DNA of 63,467 nucleotides, filler included, from Octopus bimaculoides (GCF_001194135.2; 4 parts of 3 records of this genome joined end to end with filler, not necessarily neighbours in it), one strand, 5' to 3'; positions 1 to 10,696 are shown, counted from the whole stretch's first letter. Notes: generated by a model from the sequence alone, not told the origin. Numbers and translations: made by a program.

Positions 1-283
1 TGTGATTGCTTATTTTTAGAATGACATTATAGGGTAGGAGTGAGAGGCTGGATCTGGCCAGTTTGAACATGTTATTTGTGGTGTTCTGTAGAGTATAGAG
101 TATGCTGTCATTTGCAGTGTGAACATGATGTTAGGTGCAAAGAGTATAATGAAGAATTATGTGCATGTTGTCTGCATCAGTTTGAACATGTTGTATGGAG
201 TTCAATCAAGATTAGAAATGAAAGTTTAACAGAAAATATATCATACATTTGGATATTTAGTTCAATATATTCTCTTTCATAAG

Positions 284-367
284 TTCCTAGGAAGAAAGAC
301 AAAGTTGCTGCTAAAGAAGAAGGAAAGGAAAGAGAGGACAAAGAAATGGAAGAAGGTGTTAAAAAAG
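284..367 (+). CDS. Internal exon A of K/E-rich protein (84 nt, phase 1-1): (V)PRKKDKVAAKEEGKEREDKEMEEGVKK
   Basis: Acceptor TCTCTTTCATAAG|, donor AAAAAG|GTATGT, length divisible by 3, open frame. Confidence 0.75.
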
Positions 368-1501
368 GTATGTTTAATATGATATGTTTTCTACTGAAAA
401 GCATTATAAGAATATCTATAAAGATCAGGAAACACTCAGTTCCCTGATGTTTTGCTATCCATGTTGACTATACAGCTGAGGGTGGAATTATTAATGTTGT
501 GAAGTGACAGTTGTAGAATCATCAGCAGAGTTCTTGACATCCATTGCAAATAATTGAAGCCAATGATATGTAATAGGTATTGATGCAAAGAAGTTTGGTA
601 CAACTTTTTATAGATATAAACAAGCACTGCTTTAATAAAATTATTTAATCTTCATCGATAATTACTTATATGTTAAGCGGTGAAAATTATCCGAGTATCA
701 TTCCAAGCATTAATATTATTGTATTCTATATATTAAATAGGGCAGTGTTGCCTAATGGAGAAGAAAAGGAAACAAAAGATACATTAGAGATGGATATGTC
801 TTTCAATTCCTTTAGTAATATTTATTTATCTTTATTGAACTCTTTATCACTAAGATTCTGCTGTTAAATTGTTATACCTATTTATTCACATTATTTTGAA
901 TTAATCATGTATTATTTTGCATCTTTGATATTTCAGTGATGTGATTGTTTATTTTTAGAATGACATTGCAGGGTTGGAGTGAGAGGCTGGATCTAGCCAG
1001 TTTGAACAGTAAACAGGTTGAATATCTTGGCTAGATATGGTCAGTTCAATGCCAAATGGTTAAATTTTGGAATGTTTTAATACGTTAATAGAATCTATGG
1101 TTGATCTTGTTTTCCTTTTTATGGTTAGAATTACCTCTCAGAAAATGCCAAGATATTTGTTTCATAATTTGTCGATAATGTATGTACTACAGAATAATAT
1201 ATTAGATGAATTCTGTTGGGTGTTATAGTGATGAGTATTATAGTGGCAATACAGAAATCCGGTATAGTGTTTGAAGGTGTTTTGTAGAGTTTAGGAGATG
1301 CTGTCGGTTACAGTGTGAACTTGATGATAGATTCAATGATTATAATGCAGAATTATTAAGTGCATGTTGTCTGCATTAGTACATGTTGTAAGAGGTTCTA
1401 TTTAGAGTAGAAGTGAAAGTTTGTCGAATTGGATGCAGTGAGTTCAATAGAAAATACTTCATTCATTTGAATATTTAGTTCATTATACTCTATTCCATAA
1501 G

Positions 1502-1660
1502 TTCCAAGAAAGAAAGATAAAGTTGTTGCACCTACTAAAGAGGGAGAAGAAGAAAAAGAAGGAGAGGAAGAAGAGAAAGAAGGAGAGGAAGAAGAGAAAG
1601 AAGGAGAGGAAGAAGAGAAAGAAGGAGAGGACAAAGAAATGGTGGAAGGTGTTAAAAAAG
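1502..1660 (+). CDS. Internal exon B (159 nt, phase 1-1): (V)PRKKDKVVAPTKEGEEEKE(GEEEEKE)x3GEDKEMVEGVKK
   Basis: Acceptor CTCTATTCCATAAG|, donor AAAAAG|GTATGT, open frame, internal 21-bp in-frame repeat. Confidence 0.75.
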
Positions 1661-2213
1661 GTATGTTTAATATGATACATTTTCTACTGGAAAGAATTAT
1701 AAAAATTAAATTTGAATGTTGAAGTGAATCTAACAGTTTTTGTGTGTTTCTTAAATGGCTTATAAACACCTTCCATGCTGCAATTGTTTTCGTTCCAGCA
1801 CACTATCTCAGATCAGATCACTTGCTATGCAAGTACATCTCCGTAAGTAGTTTCATAGTTTGTAGATAATGTATGTATTATAGAATAACATTCAAGATGT
1901 ATCTTGTTCAGTATTATAGTGATGAGGGAAAGTTGTACGTGGCATATATAGAAATTAGGTATAGTGTGTGAACAAAACATGTTATTTTTGGTGTTTTGTA
2001 GAATCTAGGATATGCTGTTGGTTGCAGTGTGAACATGATGTTAGATGTAATGAGTATAATGCATAATTAAGTGCATGTTGTCTGCATTAGTTAGAACATG
2101 TATGAAGTTCCATGTAGATTAGAAGTGAAAGTTTATCGAGTTGGATGCAGTGGGTCTGACAGAAAATATTACATTTATTTGAATATTTAACCCATTATAT
2201 TCTATTCCATAAG

Positions 2214-2327
2214 AACCTAGGAAGAAAGATGAAGTTGTTGCATCTATTGAAGGAGAAAAAGAAAAAGGAGAGGAAGAAAGAGAGGAAGAAGGGGAGGACA
2301 AAGAAATGGTCGTGGGTGTTAAAAAAG
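2214..2327 (+). CDS. Internal exon C (114 nt, phase 1-1): (E)PRKKDEVVASIEGEKEKGEEEREEEGEDKEMVVGVKK
   Basis: Acceptor TTCTATTCCATAAG|, donor AAAAAG|GTATGT, open frame. Confidence 0.75.
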
Positions 2328-3185
2328 GTATGTTTGATGTGATACATTCTCTACTGTAAAGCATCATAAAATTATGTAACTGTATGAAAAAACTCAAAAA
2401 AAAGGAGGTGGGATGATATAAAAACTATTGTTAATAAAAAGAAATAAAATTACACTTCCTAAGGAAAAAAATCTTAAAAGGAGAAATAATAATAATGGAA
2501 CACCCCTACCATGTGTCAAGTGGTATGTGCTAGTCGTTACAAATACTGTGACGTCAAGAAGTTGGTAAAGTTGGTCATAGATAGTCATGTCTTACTTGTC
2601 TAACTAACTATACTTCTATACCAGAGTGGACTTTATAACAGTCCCACATTGGATTACAACAGTGTGAGAGGCTAGATCTGGTCAGTGTAAAACAGGTAGA
2701 ATAATCTGGCTGGATTTGGTCAGTTTAAATGTTAAAGAGCTAAATCTTGGAATATTTTAACATATTAGCAGAATCCATGGTTGATCTTGTTTTCTTTTTA
2801 TGGCTAACCTGTCAAAAAATGTTAAAATAGTAGTTTCATAGTTTGTAGATAATGTATGTGTTATAGAATAACATTCAAGATGTATTCTATTCGGTATTAT
2901 AGTGTTGAGGGAAGATTGTTAGTGGTGCATACAGAAATCAGTTATAGTGTGTAAACAAAACATGTTACTTATGGTGTTTTGTAGAGTTTAGGATATGCAG
3001 TCAGTTGTAGTGTGAACATGTTTGGTGCAATGAGTATAAAGCAGAATTGTTGTCTGCATTAGTTAGAACATGTATAAGGTTAAATTTAGATTGGAAGTGA
3101 AAGTTTGTTGAGTTCAATGCAGTGGGTTTGACAGAAAATATTACATTTATTTGAATATTTAATCCATTATATTTCATCCCATAAG

Positions 3186-3311
3186 AACCTAGGAAGAAAG
3201 ATGAAGTTGTTGCATCTATTGAAGGAGAAAAAGAAAAAGGAGAGGAAGAAAGAGAGGAAGAAAGAGAGGAAGAAGGGGCGGACAAAGAAATGGTGGTGGG
3301 TGTTAAAAAAG
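3186..3311 (+). CDS. Internal exon D (126 nt, phase 1-1): (E)PRKKDEVVASIEGEKEKGEEEREEEREEEGADKEMVVGVKK
   Basis: Acceptor TTTCATCCCATAAG|, donor AAAAAG|GTATGT. Near-identical to exon C plus a 12-bp in-frame duplication. Confidence 0.75.
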
Positions 3312-3563
3312 GTATGTTTAATATAATACATTTTCTACTGAAAAGCATCATAAAATTATCTTTCCCTGGTGTTTTTCTGTCCATGTTGATTACACAGCTG
3401 AGGGTGGAATTATTAATGCTGTGAAAAAACAGTTGCAGAGTTCTTGACATCCATTTCATATAATTGAAGTCAATGACATGTGATAGATATTGATGCAAAC
3501 TAGTTTGGTACAATTTTTTATAGATATGAGTAAGCACCTCTTCAATAGAATTATTTAATCTTC

Positions 3564-3762
3564 TTTACGATGAAAGTAAACAAACAAAGTTTGTCTTTAG
3601 AAGCATTGAGATGTATTGTAAGATACAGAAATAAATTTATTTCTCAAACGCGTGATAATGCTATAAATAGCGAGATCAGGATAAATTATCCATTTATTGC
3701 AGAAAAATACGTTACCGGCCAGCCTGGCCGGTAACGTATTTTTCTGCATTATATGGATAATC
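3564..3762. mobile_element. 199-bp insertion ending in a long palindrome, flanked by 8-bp direct repeat TAATCTTC
   Basis: Absent at the homologous site of unit 1 (~645-690). TAATCTTC at 3556-3563 and 3763-3770. Perfect 24-bp stem 3698-3721/3725-3748. Confidence 0.75.
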
Positions 3763-4105
3763 TAATCTTCATTGATAATGACTTACACATGTTAAGTTGT
3801 GCAAATTCTCTGAGTATCATCCAAACTGTTAATATCATTCTATTCTATATATTAAATATACAGCTCAGTTGAAAAGAAAACTAACAAAAATACATTAGAA
3901 ACAGATATAGTTTTAAAATTCTTTAGTAATATTTATTTATCTTTATTTAAATTTTGAAATGTTTTAACATGTTACAATAATCCATAGTTGATCTTGCTTT
4001 CTTTTTTATGGTTGCAATAACCACTCAGAAAATGTTAAAATAGTAGTTTCATAGTTTGTAGATAATGTATGTACTACAGAATAGTATTCAAGATGAATCC
4101 TGTGG

Positions 4106-4507
4106 CAGAGATGGATAACATTTTGTTAACCGGGGGCCACATGATACCATTTCCAAGTGGGAGAGGGCCGTATGATAAAACACATATGCATGAAATATTA
4201 CTTGCCAACTTTAACTGGATTTTTTGCAGTTCTTCTTAATCTTATTTGTCTTATGAAAGTTTACATTAAGCTGGCATCTCTTTCGATATTTCCTAATGTA
4301 CATCGAAAGAGAGCAGGAAGGAGGGATGAAATTAAATGCAAAATTAAAGTGAAAGTTTAAGAGGTGAGAGACGGTAAGGTTAATAAATGAAAATTTGAGA
4401 AAAATTTTTCATTTGTAAAAATTAGTAATCTAGAAACTCTTTGAGGGCCACGCAACAATATGTCAAGGGCCGCATGCGTCCCGTGGGCTGCGTGTTGCCC
4501 ATGCATG
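4106..4507. mobile_element. hAT-like MITE
   Basis: Degenerate TIRs CAGAGATGGATAAC / GTTGCCCATGCATG, subterminal GGGCCGCATGCG.CCCG.GGGC.GC motif typical of hAT MITEs, approximate TSD CTGTGG/CTGTAGG, absent from other array units. Confidence 0.7.
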
Positions 4508-4822
4508 CTGTAGGGTATTAAAGTGATGAGGAAAGATTGTATGTGGCATATATAGAAATCAGGTATAGTGTATGAAACAGAACATGTTATTTTTGGTGTT
4601 CTGTAGAGTTTAGGATATGCTGTCAGTTGCAGTGTGAGCATGGTGTCAGGTGCAATGAGTATGGTGCAGAATTAAGGGCATGTTACCTGCATTAGTTAGA
4701 ACATGTATACGGTTAAGTTTAGATCAAAAGTGAAAGTTTGTTGAGTTGGATGCAGTAGGTTTGACAGAAAATAAATATTACATCCACTTGGATATTTAAT
4801 CCATTATATTCTATTTTTGAAG

Positions 4823-4933
4823 TTCCTGTGAAGAAAGACAAAGTTGCTGTTTTACCTGTTGAAAAAGAAAAAGCAGAGAAAGAAGGAAAGAGAGAAAGAG
4901 AGAAAAAAGAAATGGTGGTGGGTGATGAAAAAG
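4823..4933 (+). CDS. Internal exon E (111 nt, phase 1-1): (V)PVKKDKVAVLPVEKEKAEKEGKREREKKEMVVGDEK
   Basis: Acceptor TTCTATTTTTGAAG|, donor GAAAAAG|GTATGT, open frame (overlaps track ORF 4828-5013). Confidence 0.7.
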
Positions 4934-5572
4934 GTATGTTTAATATGATACATTTTCTACTGAGAAACATCATAAAATTGTCTTTAAAGATCAGGAAGCA
5001 CCCAGTTTCCTGATGTTTTCCTATCCATGTTGACGACAAAGCTGAGGGTGGAATTATTAATGTAGTGAAGAGACAGTTGCAGAATCATCACCAGACTTCT
5101 TGACATCCATTGCATATAATTGAAATCGATGATATGTGACAGATATTGATGTAAAGATGTCTCATAATCATACATGGGTGATACAACTCCTGATTGCTAT
5201 AAACAATAGCAGTGTGGAATATTTTGTTAGATTTGTTGTTATAATTCTCATTGAGAAGATTTTTGGTCAAACACATCCCAACAGACACTATAATGCTGTT
5301 TGTTGAACTGTGTAGGAATTAGAAATGCTGTTCTAGATGGTGTGGAAACTAGCTGTGTCATGTAAAGTGAAAAACTAGAACATGCTGTTTAATGTATAAC
5401 AAAGTATTGGTACTTCATTGTTGGAGTATACAGTGTACCACTAATGGTGTGTTTTATGGTTTTTACAGTCAGAAAGCATTGCAACAATTAGGGCATGTTA
5501 TATGGTGTATAGTACAATGGTTATTATAAATCATGTGGTGTTCAGTGTAGGAATAAAGACCTGTGTAATGTA

Positions 5573-5796
5573 TACTAGGAGGTGCTAAAAAGTTCCTGAC
5601 TTTAAGGATGTCATGAAAGAACTGGTTGGTAGCCCAACCTTCTGAGTTCTTTTACAGGGCTTAAAAAAACTGAAAGACCACTGCAATGAGTGTATGAATC
5701 AGAAAGGGAAATATTTTGAATAAAATCCTAATTAACTGATGATCCTCCTGTATTTTCTTTTACACAAAGCCAGGAACTTTTCAGCACCCCGTTATA
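5573..5796 (+). mobile_element. Mariner-derived MITE (internally deleted)
   Basis: TIRs GGTGCTAAAAAGTTCCTGACTT / AAGCCAGGAACTTTTCAGCACC, TA flanks. Internal frame GLKKLKDHCNECMNQKGKYFE* resembles a mariner transposase C-terminus. Confidence 0.8.
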
Positions 5797-5949
5797 GTGG
5801 TGATGATGATGATTTAATGGGGTTTTGTGAAAAGGAAGTTGTGTTATGTTGATATTGTAGTGTTAATATGTACAGAGATTGTATAGTATTTAGGGAGTGT
5901 TTTGTAGAGTGACAATATATTTCTTAAAAACAGTTTTCTTTTTCTTCAG

Positions 5950-5991
5950 AAGAGCCTGCAGAGAAAGGCAAGGGAAAGAAAGGTGAAAAAG
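5950..5991 (+). CDS. Internal exon F (42 nt, phase 1-1): (E)EPAEKGKGKKGEK
   Basis: Strong acceptor TTTTCTTTTTCTTCAG|, donor GAAAAAG|GTACAA, same exon-end motif as exon E. Confidence 0.65.
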
Positions 5992-6658
5992 GTACAATTA
6001 TTATAATTATATTCTACAGGAATGTATACAATTGCAATATACTTTTTGTGTAGTTTTCTCAAAAAAAAAAAAGAAAAAAAAAGGGCATTACTGAGCAGAA
6101 ATGTCCAAGTTTCATGTATTTTACCAGCAAAGTTCTTAACAGGGGAATATCTGATGTAAATGATGTCTGATAGATATTTTAATGTGGAGACACAATTTTC
6201 TTTCCTGATAAAAGCACACTATACAATAGTTTCTATGATTGAAGGCAACTTATCTGCTATGTATGCTTTTGTGTTTCTTCTTTTTTAAAGATGGCTGTAA
6301 ATGATTTTTAAAGAAAATCTGGATATTAATTGAATATCCTCCTTCATTCTGAAGAAGTTACTTTGTATAGTTAAAAATTTGTGCGACTATAAAGCCACTG
6401 TTGTTGCTATTGTAAATGTTGTTGAATACTTCTGTTCAACCCAAAGATGCAGCACACTGTATGAGAACAACTGTATGTCCATCTGCAGCTACATTTTAGT
6501 GTCTATTAACAAGTTGGAATAAAGTATGACATACAGTACAGTAATTAAGATATGTTATATAGTGGACAGTATATTAGTTAAACCATGCTAATGCTTCAAA
6601 TATGTACTTTTAAGTATAAAATATGTACTAGTATAACAGATATTTAACAAGGATAGTA

Positions 6659-6716
<58 letters not shown>

Positions 6717-6795
6717 GGTTGAAGAGGAACACACGAGTAGATATATATGGAAAAAAGACAAAGTAGAAAATGCTAAAATACTTTTATAAAGAACA

Positions 6796-6837
6796 TTACA
6801 GAACCGGTTTCGATCCTTGAGATCTGTTCAACAGTAA
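6796..6837 (-). ncRNA. Degenerate minimal type I hammerhead-like motif
   Basis: Minus strand TTACTG-TTGAACA-GATC(TCAAG)GATC-GAAACCGGTT-CTGTAA: stem II hairpin, GAAAC, palindromic stem III ACCGGT. Core is mutated. Confidence 0.35.
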
Positions 6838-7488
6838 ATATGAATAAGAGATTTTTGAAAAATTATTGAAAAATTAAATTTTGGTAAATTTNNNNNNNNN
6901 NNNNNNNNNNNNNNNNNNNNNNNNNNNNNNNNNNNNNNNNNNNNNNNNNNNNNNNNNNNNNNNNNNNNNNNNNNNNNNNNNNNNNNNNNNNNNNNNNNNN
7001 NNNNNNNNNNNNNNNNNNNNNNNNNNNNNNNNNNNNNNNNNNNNNNNNNNNNNNNNNNNNNNNNNNNNNNNNNNNNNNNNNNNNNNNNNNNNNNNNNNNN
7101 NNNNNNNNNNNNNNNNNNNNNNNNNNNNNNNNNNNNNNNNNNNNNNNNNNNNNNNNNNNNNNNNNNNNNNNNNNNNNNNNNNNNNNNNNNNNNNNNNNNN
7201 NNNNNNNNNNNNNNNNNNNNNNNNNNNNNNNNNNNNNNNNNNNNNNNNNNNNNNNNNNNNNNNNNNNNNNNNNNNNNNNNNNNNNNNNNNNNNNNNNNNN
7301 NNNNNNNNNNNNNNNNNNNNNNNNNNNNNNNNNNNNNNNNNNNNNNNNNNNNNNNNNNNNNNNNNNNNNNNNNNNNNNNNNNNNNNNNNNNNNNNNNNNN
7401 NNNNNNNNNNNNNNNNNNNNNNNNNNNNNNNNNNNNNNNNNNNNNNNNNNNNNNNNNNNNNNNNNNNNNNNNNNNNNNNNNNNNNNNN

Positions 7489-7533
<45 letters not shown>

Positions 7534-8044
7534 TATATAACATTAGTGACTCAATCAGATCCAGATACTGGATTACTTGTTTCATCTCAATTGAAACAAT
7601 TACATTGTTTTATAAATATTCCATGAAAGTTAAGATTTGAATTTAATAATTACATATATAGCACATGTGTATGATATATATATATGTATATATATATAAT
7701 ACAAAACTACATTAAAATACCAAGCTTAAACCAAAGAAAATACAAACACGAGTGAAAAAAGAAAAAGAAAAGAAAAAAGAAGAAAAAGAGGAAAAAGTAA
7801 AAAGTAAAAATATCACTTCGTGATAAGTGCATTAATTGGTCACGCACCACAAACTTCAACGGAACCTGCCGAAGCAAGCCAAGAAGCTTGTGGTATTGCT
7901 GTAGGTAATGACAAGGGCAACCATGTTATGTTTATACTTTATGCAACGCTATAGGAATTTGTATATATTTGTGGTGTACAGGATGCAACAGGAGTAGGGA
8001 ATCACCAATGAATGTTGGGTGCAGCAATGTGCTGTTACAGCATA

Positions 8045-8081
<37 letters not shown>

Positions 8082-8201
8082 GCACATTGATGAAATTAGG
8101 ATTTGTTGTGTTGGTGCATTGATATCAGAAATTTGTGAGATAGTACGATACCCGTAGTTAACAACCACCATGTGCTGTTAATATTATTGTCTTCTATTCA
8201 G

Positions 8202-8285
8202 GTAAACGAAAAAAGATGGCTGCAACACCAAAGCCAGAAATGCCATCGATTTCAGGAGAGTGGAAGCCAACACAGAGTTCATCAG
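8202..8285 (+). CDS. Internal exon G (84 nt, phase 1-1): (G)KRKKMAATPKPEMPSISGEWKPTQSSS
   Basis: Acceptor TTGTCTTCTATTCAG|, donor TCAG|GTATGT, open frame, phase-compatible with exons A-F. Confidence 0.65.
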
Positions 8286-8515
8286 GTATGTTTCACATTA
8301 TATTTTACTTAAAAGTTTAAAGTCCCATAATATTTTTAGTAACATTTCTTTATTCGGAGTTAAATATCAGAGTATTTTTACTCATCAGAAAGTCCTTGAT
8401 TAATTTTGTTTACAATTATATGCTTATGATATCCTGTTCAATAAAATGTTGCAGTTTGGAGTTTGAACTAGGCTGTAACATTCAGAATGCATCATTTGGT
8501 ATAGATACAAAAATA

Positions 8516-8928
8516 TGTTATGTAGTTTTGTTAGAGTAAGTTATATGTAATTTTGTAAAGACCTGGTCGTCAGAACATATTCTACAGGATATTGTGCAGA
8601 AGTGAGGGTATGTTGTGTGGTGTATGCGTGCAAGTAGATGTAATCGCCTTACCTCAGTTTTCCTTTCGTCGACTGCGTGTCTGTCTTGCGGTATCCGATC
8701 CTTGAAGCTTGCCCCGACCCAAAGAACACCAGGAATAGCAGCTGCTTCTCCCAAACCTAGACCGTCGCTTAACACGTCTTGTCCTGACCACAACCCCGTT
8801 TGAAAAGGGCACGAATCCCAATCGAGGCTCCCTCTGCCCTTTTTCCCCTTCCGGTCAACTCGCCCTTCCGGTCAGCCTCCCCAGACACTGACTTCATACC
8901 ACACGCCAACCTGATCTTAAAGATCACG
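8516..8928. mobile_element. Possible LTR-like or other retroelement fragment truncated by assembly spacer
   Basis: Abrupt start TGTTATGTAG and a shift to GC/CpG-richer sequence. No internal coding domain recognised. Confidence 0.25.
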
Positions 8929-9028
8929 NNNNNNNNNNNNNNNNNNNNNNNNNNNNNNNNNNNNNNNNNNNNTTAATTAATTAANNNNNNNNNNNNNNNN
9001 NNNNNNNNNNNNNNNNNNNNNNNNNNNN
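8929..9028. other. Artificial assembly spacer N44-TTAATTAATTAA-N44
   Basis: Exactly 100 bp, six-frame stop 12-mer at 8973-8984, same structure seen three times. Confidence 0.95.
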
Positions 9029-9083
<55 letters not shown>

Positions 9084-9316
9084 GTGTGTCTATGTATACA
9101 CATACACACACATTTATATACACACAAACATATCTTTATGTATACAGACATAGAAGTTTGTGTATAAGATTTTGTATGTTTGTTTCTGTGCATGTGTGCT
9201 TGTGCTTGTGTGTGTGTGCTATTACAAATCTACACGTTTAATAACTATATCAACACTCGCACACACAAACACACACATGCATATATGTATGTTTATATAC
9301 GTTTATATATCCACAG

Positions 9317-9357
<41 letters not shown>

Positions 9358-9471
9358 CGCACGCACAAAATGAGAGAGATCTACAGAGAGAAAAGTGAGA
9401 GCGCTAGAGAAAGAGAGAGACAGAGAGAGAGAGAGAGACAGAGAGAGAGAGAGAGACAGATGGAGAGAGAG

Positions 9472-9504
<33 letters not shown>

Positions 9505-9796
9505 CAACAGAGAGAGACAGATAGAAATCAGAGACAAATGAAGAATGAAGAGAGGAAAAGTAGGAGAAAGAAAGGGTAGAAGAGACTGAAAGAAAGAGAC
9601 AAAGAGGAAGATAGATTGATAAATTAAAGATATAACAGGAGGAGAAGGATGAGGAGGGAGTGAGAGCGGTCGGGGTGATGAATAGGGGAGGGGTAAGTAA
9701 ATAGATGGATATAGATATATATGAGAAAGATGCCACTTGTCAGAGCCATGTGTGTGTGTGTGTTCGTTAGTTGAAGGCAGCTGTGTGTAAATGCGA

Positions 9797-9828
<32 letters not shown>

Positions 9829-10696
9829 GTGTGTGTGTGTGTGATGGAAGGGGTGCCGAGTGCATGCGTGTGAGAGAGAGCAATGCATGTGCGGATATAT
9901 GTGTGTGTAGTTTTGTGAGCACCTATGAAGTGTGCACCTCGCAGTGACTTGACCGTCTGCTTGGTGCACGCATAACATTTAATTATTTTCTCCTGATAAG
10001 CGTGTTACCACCAGATACACACACACACATTACATTTTACTCTGTTTCTGTCTCTCCCTCACACCCACTCACCCACCCACATACACACACATAACATACC
10101 CACACACACACATACACACAAGAACGAACCACGCACGCCTTTATTTATATGTTTATTTATTCATTTAACTACTTTCGAGGGTGTGCAAGGTTTACAATTT
10201 TTATGATATTCTATACCCTTTATTCTTGGTAATTGTGGGTGATAACAGCAGCAAATTATCTCACCTCCGTTTCTTTCTTTTTTTTTTTTTAACCATTTCT
10301 TCTTTGCTTTTAAACTTGGCCATTCTGCTAATCCTACCGTGGTAACACCCGGGTTACCATTGTGATGCCAGACCGGAGTTTAGATTGTTGTTTACAGACT
10401 CAAACCGACTGATTGCTGTCGGCTATTTGTTATTCACGATATATTTATGAAAAGCAAGAAAGAAATAAAGACAAAAAGAAAGTGAATGAAGTCGGAATGT
10501 AATTCTTCTTCACTGTAGTGTGCTGTTGGTTTGGTGCCGTCGTAACCAGTGGAGTGGTGTGTGTCTTCCGGTCCTAAAACAGGTAATGCAATTTCTTCTT
10601 CTTCTTCACAATGGTATAATTACTATGAGTTATTAATTAGATTGAGACATTACTACTTCTATTATTATTGCATTTCGTAGGGTTTTTTTTTTTTTT

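Larger units (their letters stand above)
1..5200 (+). repeat. Tandem array of ~5 diverged units (0.7-1.6 kb), each containing one K/E-rich exon plus homologous intron sequence
   Basis: Shared blocks (e.g. GGTGTTAAAAAAGGTATGTTT, GCTGAGGGTGGAATTATTAATG, TAGTTTCATAGTTTGTAGATAATGTATGT, CATGTTGTCTGCATTAGTTAGAACATG) recur. Exon starts are spaced 1218, 712, 972 and 1637 bp apart. Confidence 0.9.

Noticed and set aside
177-5288. Minus-strand ORFs in the array (177-404, 1398-1769, 2119-2397, 3001-3537, 4719-5039) with S/F/L-rich translations
   Set aside because: They are antisense readings of the purine-rich + strand exons. The splice signals and phase conservation are on the + strand.
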